Assembly (NCBI GenBank): GCA_045863395.1
Contig: BTVJ01000037.1
Span: forward strand, 1 to 64,000
DNA length: 64,000 nt
Origin: Myxococcales bacterium
GTDB taxonomy: Bacteria > Myxococcota_A > UBA9042 > JABWCM01 > BTVJ01
Direction: 5' to 3'
The notes under the pieces are model-generated. The model did not search any database, had not been told where the DNA came from, and saw nothing but the letters and a program-made list of their open reading frames with translations. This document shows, in pieces, positions 10,031 to 18,804 of the stretch; position 1 is the stretch's first letter, and every line of letters begins with the position of its first letter. A program made the position numbers and the translations under genes.

Positions 10031-10252
10031 TCAGCCCCCGAGCCGCACCGACGGGATGGACACGGGGCGGACGTTCATGCGCCGCGGCGCTCCGCTCGCG
10101 ACGGGGAGCGTGGCTGTGGTCCGGGGGGCCGCGCCTCGGACGGCCGCGGCGGGGTTGGCGACGACGCCGGCGACGGCCGCGGTCGCGGTCGTCCCGAGGA
10201 AGCGGAAGAAGGCCCGCCGGTCGTTGCGGGGGCTCTGCGATGCCTGGCTCAT
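10031..10252 (-). CDS. Small 73-aa protein with twin-arginine signal-like N-terminus
   Basis: GAGGGA upstream; DRRAFFRFLG followed by Ala/Val h-region and PAAA cleavage-like site. Confidence 0.55.
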   Translation of the reverse strand: MSQASQSPRNDRRAFFRFLGTTATAAVAGVVANPAAAVRGAAPRTTATLPVASGAPRRMNVRPVSIPSVRLGG

Positions 10253-10563
10253 CTCGTTCCCTCACCATGGTGAAGCCCGCGTCTGCGGGCGGTGGCTCAG
10301 TTTCCCGGCGCGACGGGTCGCCGCCGGTTCATGTGATATGGAGCGACCATCTTACCCGAGACGCGGCGGCGTGGTACGAAAAATGTGGGCGGAGCGACGA
10401 TGTTTCTGTTGAAGCCGAGCTCTCCCAGGCTCCGATGTTCGTGGCGATGGAGCCGTCCAACCGGCTGCCGGTCCCCACCAGTGGCATCTCGCGAGGTCCT
10501 TTCGCGTGTTCGTGCGTGGAGTCCCCGGATACCCCACACTGCGGGGCCCAAGAGGAGGAAGCA

Positions 10564-11160
10564 ATGAAGGTGCTCGTGTCTGCGTTCTCTCTCGCCCACC
10601 TGCTCGCCTGCGCCTCACCCGAGGCGCCTGCCGCACCGCCTGCACCGGCCGAAGCCGTCCCCATCGCGGCGCCGAACCGGCTGCCCGAGCTCGTACTCTC
10701 CCCCACTGCGACGCTCGTGAAGCGCGCAGAAGTGGCAGCGCTCGTCGATGCGCTCGCCGTCGAGAAGAAGATTGAGTCGTCCCATGTAGGTGCCGCGGGT
10801 GCACCGAGCGCCATCTACGCGAAGTGGGAGGCCGTCGAGAAGGCGGCAAGCAGCGAGGAGCTCCAGGCGTTGCTGCGTCACGAGCGCCCCGTGGTTCGTG
10901 CCTACGCGGCGCGTCATCTCGTGCGGGGGGCCACGCCCCTCGCGGCGCAGTCTCTGGCCCCGCTGCTGTCGGACCTGGCCGACGTCGGGTCCACCGACGG
11001 GTGCATGATTGGAGAGACCACGGTCGCAGCGATCCTCGTCGAGGACCTCTGCTACAACGCGAAGGACAAGGAGGCGGCGCGCGCCCTGCTGCGAGAGGCC
11101 GTCGATGGCGGGCCCGAAGACGTGGCCAGGCAGGCCGAGCGCTGCTTGCCCAAGCGGTGA
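10564..11160 (+). CDS. Hypothetical lipoprotein (helical/HEAT-like)
   Basis: GAGGAGG RBS; MKVLVSAFSLAHLLAC lipobox; LLRHERPVVRAYA HEAT-like motif. Confidence 0.75.
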   Translation: MKVLVSAFSLAHLLACASPEAPAAPPAPAEAVPIAAPNRLPELVLSPTATLVKRAEVAALVDALAVEKKIESSHVGAAGAPSAIYAKWEAVEKAASSEELQALLRHERPVVRAYAARHLVRGATPLAAQSLAPLLSDLADVGSTDGCMIGETTVAAILVEDLCYNAKDKEAARALLREAVDGGPEDVARQAERCLPKR

Positions 11161-11416
11161 ACGCCACCGAGGACGCGGTGGGCAGTCGCCGAAGTCGAGA
11201 GAGCCTGGCTCTGGGCGCTCTCACCGAGCTGCGCCGACCGGGTGCCCTTGGAGTCAGCACCGCGATCACGAGAGCTCGCGCGGTGACACCGCATCGCGGC
11301 GCTCGTCTACCGCGGGTGATCTTCGAAGCCCGAGCAGCGGTTGTTGCCGTCGCTGACCACACCGCCTCGCAGGTCCCGCGCGTTGACACTCCACAGCGCC
11401 GGCGCACACTGGCGGC

Positions 11417-13486
11417 ATGGGGGTGAGCCGCCCATACACCGCTTCATCAGTGCGTGTTCCAGCGTTGCTCATCGGTCTCGTCGCGAGCTGCGGCGCGAAC
11501 TCCGCCGCTCCCGACGGCTCCGTGCCGGACGGCGCCCCTTCCGTAGACCTGGCACCACCTGACACCGCGCCGGACTCTGAAGCAGACACCGCGCCGCCTG
11601 CCCCGCCCTGTCCCCCGGCCGCGCCGCCGCGCTGGGAGCCCGAGCCGCTGGTGCCGCCGGGCCGTGGCCTCGTCCCGTGGCTGGCGTCGCGCATCCCGGA
11701 CATCCCCATCCCCGAGGACGCAGGGAGCATCGGGACGTGGCAGGCAGCGCTGAGGGCGGAGCTGGTCACGGCGCTTGGCTTCGATCGCGTGGAGGCGCCC
11801 GGAGCGCCGGTCGCGGCACAAAACGTCGGCGCCTACCCGATGGGCGACGTGATCGCGGGGCGCTGGCTGGTCGAGGCCCACCCGGGGACGTGGATCCCCA
11901 CGCTGCTGCTCGCGCAGGCCTCCCCTCCGGCTGGAACGGTGCCGGGCGTCCTGCTCCAGCACGGCCACAGCGACCCAGGCAAGACCCGCACGGCGATCCT
12001 TACGCTCGGGGTGACGCTCGCGCGGCGAGGCTGCATCGTCGCCATGCCGGACTGGCCGGGCTTCGGGGACCTGGACGACGACTCCTGGGGCCACCTCCAC
12101 GCGGAGGGGAACCTGCTCGCGGGGGTGTCCATGAACGTGCCGGTGACGACCGTTCCGCGGCGCGTGCTGGACTGGCTCGTGGCCCGCCCGGGGGTGGATC
12201 CGGCTCGCCTGGGCGTCGTGGGGCACTCGGGAGGCGCCGAGACGGCGATGTACATCGCGGCCGCCGACCCGCGCGTGACCGCTGCGGCCATCGTGGATGG
12301 GGTCGACTCGTGGCCCTGGCGCCTGCAGGAGGGCCTGGCCCGTGACCCGGAGCACTACCCGGTGGGCCTCATCCCGCGCGCCAGCTACGCGGCGGTCGTC
12401 GCGCTCGTGGCGCCCAGGTGGGTCGCGGTGGTCTCCGGCGACAGCGATCACACGGCGGGCCCGAGCCATGTCGTCGCCCGCGTCGTCGCGCACGCGCGGC
12501 GCGCCTTCGCGGCCCATGGCGTGCCCGAGCGGCTGCGTCACTCTCCCGTCGCGACCGGGCACAACCTGAACGCGAAGAAGCGCCTCGCGGTGTACGCGCT
12601 GCTCGCAGACGCCTTCGGGGAGCCGGCGCTCGCGGGGCCAGAGGATGGGCAGACCTGGTCGGACGCCCCCGGCCTGCACATGGTGCCGCCGCCCGGCGGG
12701 ACGACCCTCGACAGGGTGCGGGCCCTCCTGGACGAGGCGCTCGCCGGCCGCCCGTCCCACCCGTCGTCTGAGGCGCTCCGGGTGGTGCTCTCCTGGGCGC
12801 CGCAGCCCGCCACCTGGATCGACAGGGGGCCCACCCGCACGGACCGCACCGGCGGCCTCGTGGAGCGCCCGGACGCGCCGCCCCTGCCGGCGGATCTGGT
12901 GCAGCCGGCAGGCCCCGCTCGGTCGGTCCTGGTGTGCTTCGCCGACGAGGGTCGCGTCGGCTGCTCGGCCCTGGCGGACCAGCTTGCGGCGACGGGCCTC
13001 GCCGTGGTCGCCGTGGACCTGCGGGGCCAGGGGGAGCTCCAAGGTGACTGGCCCTTCGACGACCCGTTCCAGCGCCTGCGCCTCGCCAACCTCGCCGTGG
13101 CGCTCGGCGATCCGCTGCCGAACCAGCAGGTCCGCGACGTGGGCGCCGCCTGCTCGGCCGCCCGGGCGCGCACCGCGAGCCGCGCGCCGGGCTGCGCGGT
13201 CGTCGGGCTCGGCCCGCGCGCCGGTCTGATCGCCGTGCTCGCGGGCGCCGCGGACCGCATGCTCGCCCCGGTGCTCGCGCCGGGCGCGGAGCTCGATCTG
13301 CGCGCTCGCTGGACCGCACCGAAGGGGGTGGCGCCGGCGGAGAGCTACCCGTTCGGCCTCTTCACGGTCACCGACGGGCCGGGCCTGGCGGCGCTGCTCG
13401 GCGACCGGGCGGCGCTGATCGGCGCACCATGGAGCGGCTCTCCCGAAGAACGAGACGCGGTCTGCGAGGCCCTCCGCGCGCCGTGA
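11417..13486 (+). CDS. Lipoprotein alpha/beta hydrolase (acetyl xylan esterase/dienelactone hydrolase-like) with second degenerate hydrolase domain
   Basis: LVASC lipobox; VLLQHGH, DPARLGVVGHSGG nucleophile elbow, GDSD, GHNL; second half AVDLRGQGE without GxSxG; start uncertain. Confidence 0.8.
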   Translation: MGVSRPYTASSVRVPALLIGLVASCGANSAAPDGSVPDGAPSVDLAPPDTAPDSEADTAPPAPPCPPAAPPRWEPEPLVPPGRGLVPWLASRIPDIPIPEDAGSIGTWQAALRAELVTALGFDRVEAPGAPVAAQNVGAYPMGDVIAGRWLVEAHPGTWIPTLLLAQASPPAGTVPGVLLQHGHSDPGKTRTAILTLGVTLARRGCIVAMPDWPGFGDLDDDSWGHLHAEGNLLAGVSMNVPVTTVPRRVLDWLVARPGVDPARLGVVGHSGGAETAMYIAAADPRVTAAAIVDGVDSWPWRLQEGLARDPEHYPVGLIPRASYAAVVALVAPRWVAVVSGDSDHTAGPSHVVARVVAHARRAFAAHGVPERLRHSPVATGHNLNAKKRLAVYALLADAFGEPALAGPEDGQTWSDAPGLHMVPPPGGTTLDRVRALLDEALAGRPSHPSSEALRVVLSWAPQPATWIDRGPTRTDRTGGLVERPDAPPLPADLVQPAGPARSVLVCFADEGRVGCSALADQLAATGLAVVAVDLRGQGELQGDWPFDDPFQRLRLANLAVALGDPLPNQQVRDVGAACSAARARTASRAPGCAVVGLGPRAGLIAVLAGAADRMLAPVLAPGAELDLRARWTAPKGVAPAESYPFGLFTVTDGPGLAALLGDRAALIGAPWSGSPEERDAVCEALRAP

Positions 13487-13765
13487 CCGGGGCGGCCCGT
13501 CCCAGCGGCGGCGGGTGTCCGCGCGGACCAGCGCCGTCTGCGTGCCCCGTCCCCACGCATCGCGCGGTTCCGTGAGGCGTCGGGCTGGTCGCGGTCCCGC
13601 AGATCCCCCACGATGTGGACCACATCGCGCCTGCCGCGGCCTGAAGAGAGGAGCTTGGGCATGCCCCGAGGACGTCGCATGACGCGCCGGGAGGACCTGG
13701 CGCCTGGGGCGGCGGCCGTCCGCTGCCAGCGGATCCTGGTGCGAAGCGCCGAAGGAGGTCCACCG

Positions 13766-14023
13766 ATGAGTGACACCGTTCTCTGGGGCGACCACCAGGT
13801 GGTGCCGTTCCGGTCCGAGCCCCCAGTTCTTGAGGTGCCGACCGGGCGGCTGCTCGTGTCCCAGAGCGACGACGTCGCCCGCACCCGCCACCGCGCGGAC
13901 CGCGAGTTCGCCCGCGTCAGGGGCGTTGCGCTCGTCGTCGCGGGTGCGTCGCGGGACTGGGACCTCCTCCTCGCGACAGGCCGCCTGGGGCGTGCGCGAG
14001 CGGCCGCCGGGATCCGCGGATGA
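13766..14023 (+). pseudogene. 85-aa ORF, possible decayed/internally deleted Fe-SOD (ChrC-like) remnant
   Basis: GAAGGAGG RBS; ATGA overlap with chrA; HQVVPFRSEPPVLEVPTGRLLVSQ aligns by eye with Fe/Mn-SOD N-terminus but lacks metal-ligand His. Confidence 0.4.
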
Positions 14024-15408
14024 GCGCCAACGCCCCCCCCCGGACGGAGGACGCCCCGGATCCGCTCTCCCTGCGCGCGGCCGCTCGCGTGTGGGGGCGT
14101 ATCGGCCTGCTGAGCTTCGGGGGTCCGGCCGGGCAGATCGCGCTGATGTACGAGGAGCTGGTCGTCCGTCGCCGCTGGATCGACGAGGCGCGCTTCCTCC
14201 ACGCCCTGAACTACTGCATGCTGCTGCCGGGCCCCGAGGCGCAGCAGCTCGCCACCTACATCGGCTGGCTCCTGCACCGCACGCCGGGGGGCCTCGTCGC
14301 CGGGCTGCTGTTTGTGCTGCCGGGCTTCGTCGCCATGATGGGCCTCGCCGCTCTGTACGCCGCCTTCGGCACGCTCCCCGCCATCGCGGCTCTGTTCTAC
14401 GGGCTCAAGGCCGCGGTGCTCGCCGTCGTTGCGGAGGCGGTGCTCCGCATCGGCCGCCGGGCGATCCGGACCCGCGCCATGGGCGCCATCGCGGTGGCGG
14501 CGTTCGTCGCCATCTTCTTCTTCGGGGTGCCGTTCCCCCTCATCGTGCTCGGGGCGGGCCTGACGGGGCTCGCCGGCGGGGCCCTCGCCCCCGGCGCCTT
14601 CCCCGCTGGCGCTGCGGCCGGGCCCGCCGCTCACGGGGCGTGCCTCCTCGACCGCCTCGAGGCTGCCGGCGCCCTCGCCCACACCCGGCCCTCCGTGCCG
14701 CGCGCGCTGCGCGTGCTGGTCGTGTGCCTCGCCCTGTGGGTGCTGCCCGTGGCGGTGCTGGCGGGGGTGCTCGGCACGGGGTCGGTCTTCGTGACGGAGG
14801 GGCTCTTCTTCTCCCAGGCGGCCGTCGTCACCTTCGGCGGGGCGTATGCCGTGCTCGCCTGGATCGCCCAGCAGGCGGTCGAGGTCCACGGCTGGCTGAA
14901 GCCCGGCGAGATGCTCGACGGCCTCGGCCTCGCAGAGACCACGCCGGGGCCGCTGATCATGGTCGTGCAGTTCGTGGGCTTCCTCGGCGCGTGGCGGCAC
15001 CCGGGGCTGCTCCCGCCCGGGTTGGCAGGCGTGATCGGAGCCTGCGTGACGGTGTGGGTCACGTTCGTCCCGTGCTTCCTCTGGATCTTCGCCGGCGCCC
15101 CCTGGGTGGAGGCCTTGCGCGGCCACCGCCCGCTGCGCGTCGCCCTGTCGGCGATCACGGCGGCCGTCGTCGGCGTGATCCTGAACCTGGCGCTCTGGTT
15201 CGGCCTGCACGTGGTGTTCGCCCGCGTCGGAGTGCAGCACGTGGGGCCGGTGCGCCTGCTCGTGCCCGAGTGGGGCACGGTGGATCCGGCGGCGGCGGTC
15301 CTGACCGCCGCCGCCCTCGTCGCCATGCTGCGCTACCGCGTGGGGCTGCCGGCGACGCTGGCCGCCTGCGCGGCGCTCGGTGCGGCCTGGAGGCTGGTCG
15401 GCGCCTGA
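14020..15408 (+). CDS. chrA: Chromate efflux transporter (long-chain CHR)
   Basis: SFGGPAGQIA, LNYCMLLPGPEAQQLATYIG, TFGGAYAVL, AETTPGPLIMVVQFVGF. Confidence 0.95.
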   Translation: MSANAPPRTEDAPDPLSLRAAARVWGRIGLLSFGGPAGQIALMYEELVVRRRWIDEARFLHALNYCMLLPGPEAQQLATYIGWLLHRTPGGLVAGLLFVLPGFVAMMGLAALYAAFGTLPAIAALFYGLKAAVLAVVAEAVLRIGRRAIRTRAMGAIAVAAFVAIFFFGVPFPLIVLGAGLTGLAGGALAPGAFPAGAAAGPAAHGACLLDRLEAAGALAHTRPSVPRALRVLVVCLALWVLPVAVLAGVLGTGSVFVTEGLFFSQAAVVTFGGAYAVLAWIAQQAVEVHGWLKPGEMLDGLGLAETTPGPLIMVVQFVGFLGAWRHPGLLPPGLAGVIGACVTVWVTFVPCFLWIFAGAPWVEALRGHRPLRVALSAITAAVVGVILNLALWFGLHVVFARVGVQHVGPVRLLVPEWGTVDPAAAVLTAAALVAMLRYRVGLPATLAACAALGAAWRLVGA

Positions 15409-15652
15409 CGGGCGCGTCGTGGGGCGTCTCGGTTTGGTGCGCCCGCACCACTTCTCGACGGTCCCGAGACCGTCGACAGTGTCACCTGACGTGGTGCAGG
15501 CGCTGGGAGGCGTGCCGGAGTTGCGTAAACGCCGCCGTGTGGTTCTACCTCGGGCTGCGATGCTGCGAAGGAGGAACCGTGCGATGGGTGAGCGAGGTTT
15601 GCGAGACCGGGTTCCTGCAAAGTGCGTAGTCGCTTCGAGCAGAGGGCGGAGC

Positions 15653-17086
15653 GTGCTCGAGCACTCCCCGGAGGCGGCGCTGGAGGGCATCTTGGGAGCG
15701 GGCAGCGAGCTCGTCAGCGGAGGGCCGGCCCGGTTGGCGGGGGCTGGACGGGCCGCGGCGTTGCTCGGCTGCCTGCTCGCTGGCTGTGGCGGGGCATGGG
15801 CGGCCGGGCCCATCGCGGTGCCGGCGCCTCGTGTCGGGGAGGCGCCGGCGCCCGCAGCGCCCGTCGAGGCCGTCGCGTGGATGCGAGGCACGTGGCGGAC
15901 GGCGCCGGAGGGGCCGGACGGCGGGACGGTGACCGTCGAGCGGTGGCTCCCGACGGACGGAGACGTGACGCTCGGCACCTCGGAGACCACGGAGGGCGGC
16001 CACACGACCTTCTTCGAGTACCTGCGCATCGAGGCGACGGGCGGTGCCCTCGTGTACGTGGCGCAGCCGCGCGGAGGGCCGGCGGTCCGCTTCCCCGCCA
16101 CCCTCGTGGAGCCGGGCCGCGCGGTCTTCGAGAACCCGGCGCACGACTTCCCCACGCGCATCACCTACCAGCGGGAGGGGGAGATCCTCGTCGCGAGCAT
16201 CGAAGGCCCGGGCAGGGACCCCGTCACCTGGCGCATGGCCCGCACGTCTCATCCGCCTCCGCCGGAGGCCGCTCACTACGAGGGGCCGGTCATCGATGTG
16301 CATGCCCACGTCTTCTTCGACGGGGACGGCGGCGCGCGACGGGACGCCTCGCCCGCCGGGCTCGTGCGCCAGACGAAGGGTACGCCGGGGGCCCGGGTCG
16401 GCGTCATCGTGATGGCGCTGCGCCCGGGTATCGAGGAGACGCGTCGCCTCAACGACCGCCTCACGGCGCTCGTGGCGGAGCACCCGGGCCACCTGTTCGC
16501 CATCGGCACCGTGCATCCGGCAGACGGCGCCGACGCGCTGCGCGAGCTCGAGCGCATCGCAGGCCTCGGCTTCCGCATGCTCAAGCTGCACCCGAACACC
16601 CAGTCCCTCGACCTCGACGGCGAGGAGGTCTCGGCCGTCGTCGGGAAGGCCGCCGCACTGGGGTTGCCGATCCTTTTCGACTGGTCGGGCGTCTTCGCCG
16701 CAGCGGACCTCGGCCCCTACGTGAAGCTCGCGGCCCGGCACCCGGACGCGCGGATCGTCCTCGCCCACATGGGCGGCACGAAGTTTCACGACGCGATGCT
16801 GCTCACGGCGCTGCACGAGTATGCGTGGTTCCGCGGCAACCTCTGGGTGGAGCTGTCGGCGGTGGCGCAGCTCTACGCCCGCTCGCCCTACCGCGAGCAG
16901 CTCGTGCACGTGATCCGCCACATCGGCGTCGAGAGGGTGCTGTTCGGGTCCGACTACCCCTTCGCGCGGACGACGGCGGAGGCCCTCGAGGACGTGCGCG
17001 CGCTCGGCCTCACGCCGGACGAGGAGCGCCTGATCCTGCACGACAACGCGGCGAGGCTGCTCGGGCTGGGGGCGTCGGCGCCCTGA
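15653..17086 (+). CDS. DUF6265-like domain fused to amidohydrolase_2 domain, probable lipoprotein
   Basis: LLAGC lipobox; WMRGTW...FFEYLRIE...YVAQPRG...FENPAHDFPTRITY; then VIDVHAH, LKLHP, LAHMGG, VLFGSDYPF; start uncertain. Confidence 0.8.
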   Translation: MLEHSPEAALEGILGAGSELVSGGPARLAGAGRAAALLGCLLAGCGGAWAAGPIAVPAPRVGEAPAPAAPVEAVAWMRGTWRTAPEGPDGGTVTVERWLPTDGDVTLGTSETTEGGHTTFFEYLRIEATGGALVYVAQPRGGPAVRFPATLVEPGRAVFENPAHDFPTRITYQREGEILVASIEGPGRDPVTWRMARTSHPPPPEAAHYEGPVIDVHAHVFFDGDGGARRDASPAGLVRQTKGTPGARVGVIVMALRPGIEETRRLNDRLTALVAEHPGHLFAIGTVHPADGADALRELERIAGLGFRMLKLHPNTQSLDLDGEEVSAVVGKAAALGLPILFDWSGVFAAADLGPYVKLAARHPDARIVLAHMGGTKFHDAMLLTALHEYAWFRGNLWVELSAVAQLYARSPYREQLVHVIRHIGVERVLFGSDYPFARTTAEALEDVRALGLTPDEERLILHDNAARLLGLGASAP

Positions 17087-17106
17087 CGCCGCCCCCTGCC
17101 GCGAGC

Positions 17107-17709
17107 TCAGTCGTCTTCGGGGTCCCGGGTGCCCTGGGGAGCAGGGGGGGGCAGCTCCACCCCGTCGTAGAGGGCGTCCACGGCCAGGGTCGCGCCGACC
17201 GACGGCAGCTCGAACCGGTCGCCGCGACCGTAGACCTCGAGCACCCAGGGGCCCACGGCGGTGCGGTGCAGGCGATGGACCGAGACGCGCTCCGCGTCGA
17301 TGAGCAGGTAGTCTTCGAGCGTCGGGATGCTCCGGTACATCTCCAGCTTCCGCCCTCGATCAAACGAGGCGGTGGACGGGGACAGGATCTCGGCGATGAG
17401 GCGTGGAGACGCGGCGATGTGCGACGTGCCGGGGCCCGGCTCGCAGGAGACGACGAAGTCCGGGTAGAGGAAGGCGTCCGCCGCCTCCACCTGGACCTTG
17501 ACGTCGCTGACGAAGAAGCGGCACCCATGGCTTCGAACCTGTACCCCCAAGTGCATTGACAAGTTTCCGGCGATCTGCCCGTGGTTGAGCGTCACACCGA
17601 CCATGGCGAAGACCTCGCCCGCCACGTACTCGTTTTTCGTGGGCTGCTCCGCCTCCCAGACGAGGTAGTCCTCCGCCGACATGTACTTCTTCCGGGCCGT
17701 GCTCGACAT
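17107..17709 (-). CDS. Uma2-family endonuclease
   Basis: AGGAGG RBS; EYVAGEVFAM, YPDFVVSC, AEILSPSTASFDRGRKLEMY. Confidence 0.92.
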   Translation of the reverse strand: MSSTARKKYMSAEDYLVWEAEQPTKNEYVAGEVFAMVGVTLNHGQIAGNLSMHLGVQVRSHGCRFFVSDVKVQVEAADAFLYPDFVVSCEPGPGTSHIAASPRLIAEILSPSTASFDRGRKLEMYRSIPTLEDYLLIDAERVSVHRLHRTAVGPWVLEVYGRGDRFELPSVGATLAVDALYDGVELPPPAPQGTRDPEDD

Positions 17710-18123
17710 GGCGACCTCCTGACCTCCCCAGGATGGGTGGATGGCCCTCGCAACGCAAGGGCTCCGGGATGCGAGCGGACCGAGGCTCACAGCCCTAAGG
17801 ACGAGCAGGACGGGTCGGGGTTGCCGACTGGCGCCGCGGCGGGCGCGCGCGACGGCCCGTAGGGAGACGGCACATGAGGCTTCGGTAGACCTGCATGGAT
17901 TCGGAGCTCAAGATGGCCACCAGCCCCAGGAGCCCCGGCCGGGCCCGTTCCAGGTCGAGGACGTTCTCTCCGGAGGCTGCCTCCGTTCTCCCCGATGACG
18001 GTGGAGATCCGCCCTAAGCCGGGTCCTGGAGATCACCGTGTAGACAGAGGCTGCACCCGTCGCCCAAGCCTTTCTGAAATGACTTCGGGCACCTATGTCG
18101 TTTGAGAAGAGAGGAACTTCAGG

Positions 18124-18621
18124 CTAGAGGGCGCGTCGGCGGCGAAGGATCATCCCCGCCAGACCCAGGATCATCGCCACGAACGTCACATCGACGGGGC
18201 CCCCCGTGGTCGAGCAACCGCTGCTCTCGTCGCTGCTGGAGTCGCTCGTGTTGCCCCCGCCCGTACCGCCCTCATCATCGCCACCCTCGTCGTTGCCCTC
18301 GTCGCCGCCAGGACCGCCGCCGCCAGGACCGCCGCCGGGGATGCCGCCGCCGCCCTCGTCGTCGCCCGGTCCCGCACCACCCTCGTCATCGCCGGGGGCC
18401 CCGCCGCCCTCGTCGTCGCCCGGCATGCCGCCGCCGCCGCCGCTGGGCTTGCAGTTGTCCGGCGGGCTGGTGAACCCGTCGCAGTCTGCCCCGCAGGACC
18501 CGCTGGCGCACTCGGCGTCGTCGCAGGTGTTGTCCCCGCACGCGGCACTGGCCGTTGAGGGGAGCATGAGCAGCGTCGCCAGACCGATGAGCGCCGCAGT
18601 GAAGATGGAAGCCTGCTTCAT
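18124..18621 (-). CDS. Small secreted Cys-rich, Gly/Asp-repeat protein with MYXO-CTERM sorting signal
   Basis: AGGAG RBS; signal MKQASIFTAALIGLATLLMLPSTASA; CGDNTCDDAECASGSCGADC; GDDEGGG repeats; C-terminal SSGCSTT-TM-RRRR. Confidence 0.85.
   Translation of the reverse strand: MKQASIFTAALIGLATLLMLPSTASAACGDNTCDDAECASGSCGADCDGFTSPPDNCKPSGGGGGMPGDDEGGGAPGDDEGGAGPGDDEGGGGIPGGGPGGGGPGGDEGNDEGGDDEGGTGGGNTSDSSSDESSGCSTTGGPVDVTFVAMILGLAGMILRRRRAL
18270..18440 (-). repeat. Intragenic imperfect tandem repeats encoding (P)GDDEGGG
   Basis: Repeated ccctcgtcgtcgcc-like units on plus strand. Confidence 0.8.
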
Positions 18622-18804
18622 GTCACTCGTACTCCTGTGCGAGGGAGAGGAAGAACTGGGTACTGCCCGACGTGGGGAGTGTATGACATGGTGGGAATTG
18701 CTGACCGTTGCGTAAAGAAATAAGCCACCCCCATAGCCCTCCCGGTCAGGACGGCCCATGACCGTGGCGAGCCACAGGTCGAACGTCGTGCCCTCTCACG
18801 CGTG

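Noticed and set aside
11160..11416. GC-rich inverted repeats (caccgcg...cgcggtg) as ncRNA or terminator
   Set aside because: Short stems expected by chance at this GC; no U-tract
17107..17709. Uma2 gene as a mobile element or defence island marker
   Set aside because: Solitary, common multi-copy family; no flanking repeats or transposase
17720..18120. Intergenic stretch with short ORFs
   Set aside because: No RBS-supported ORF, motif or RNA structure I can support
18270..18440. Short repeats as possible CRISPR array
   Set aside because: In-frame coding repeats, no unique spacers, no cas genes
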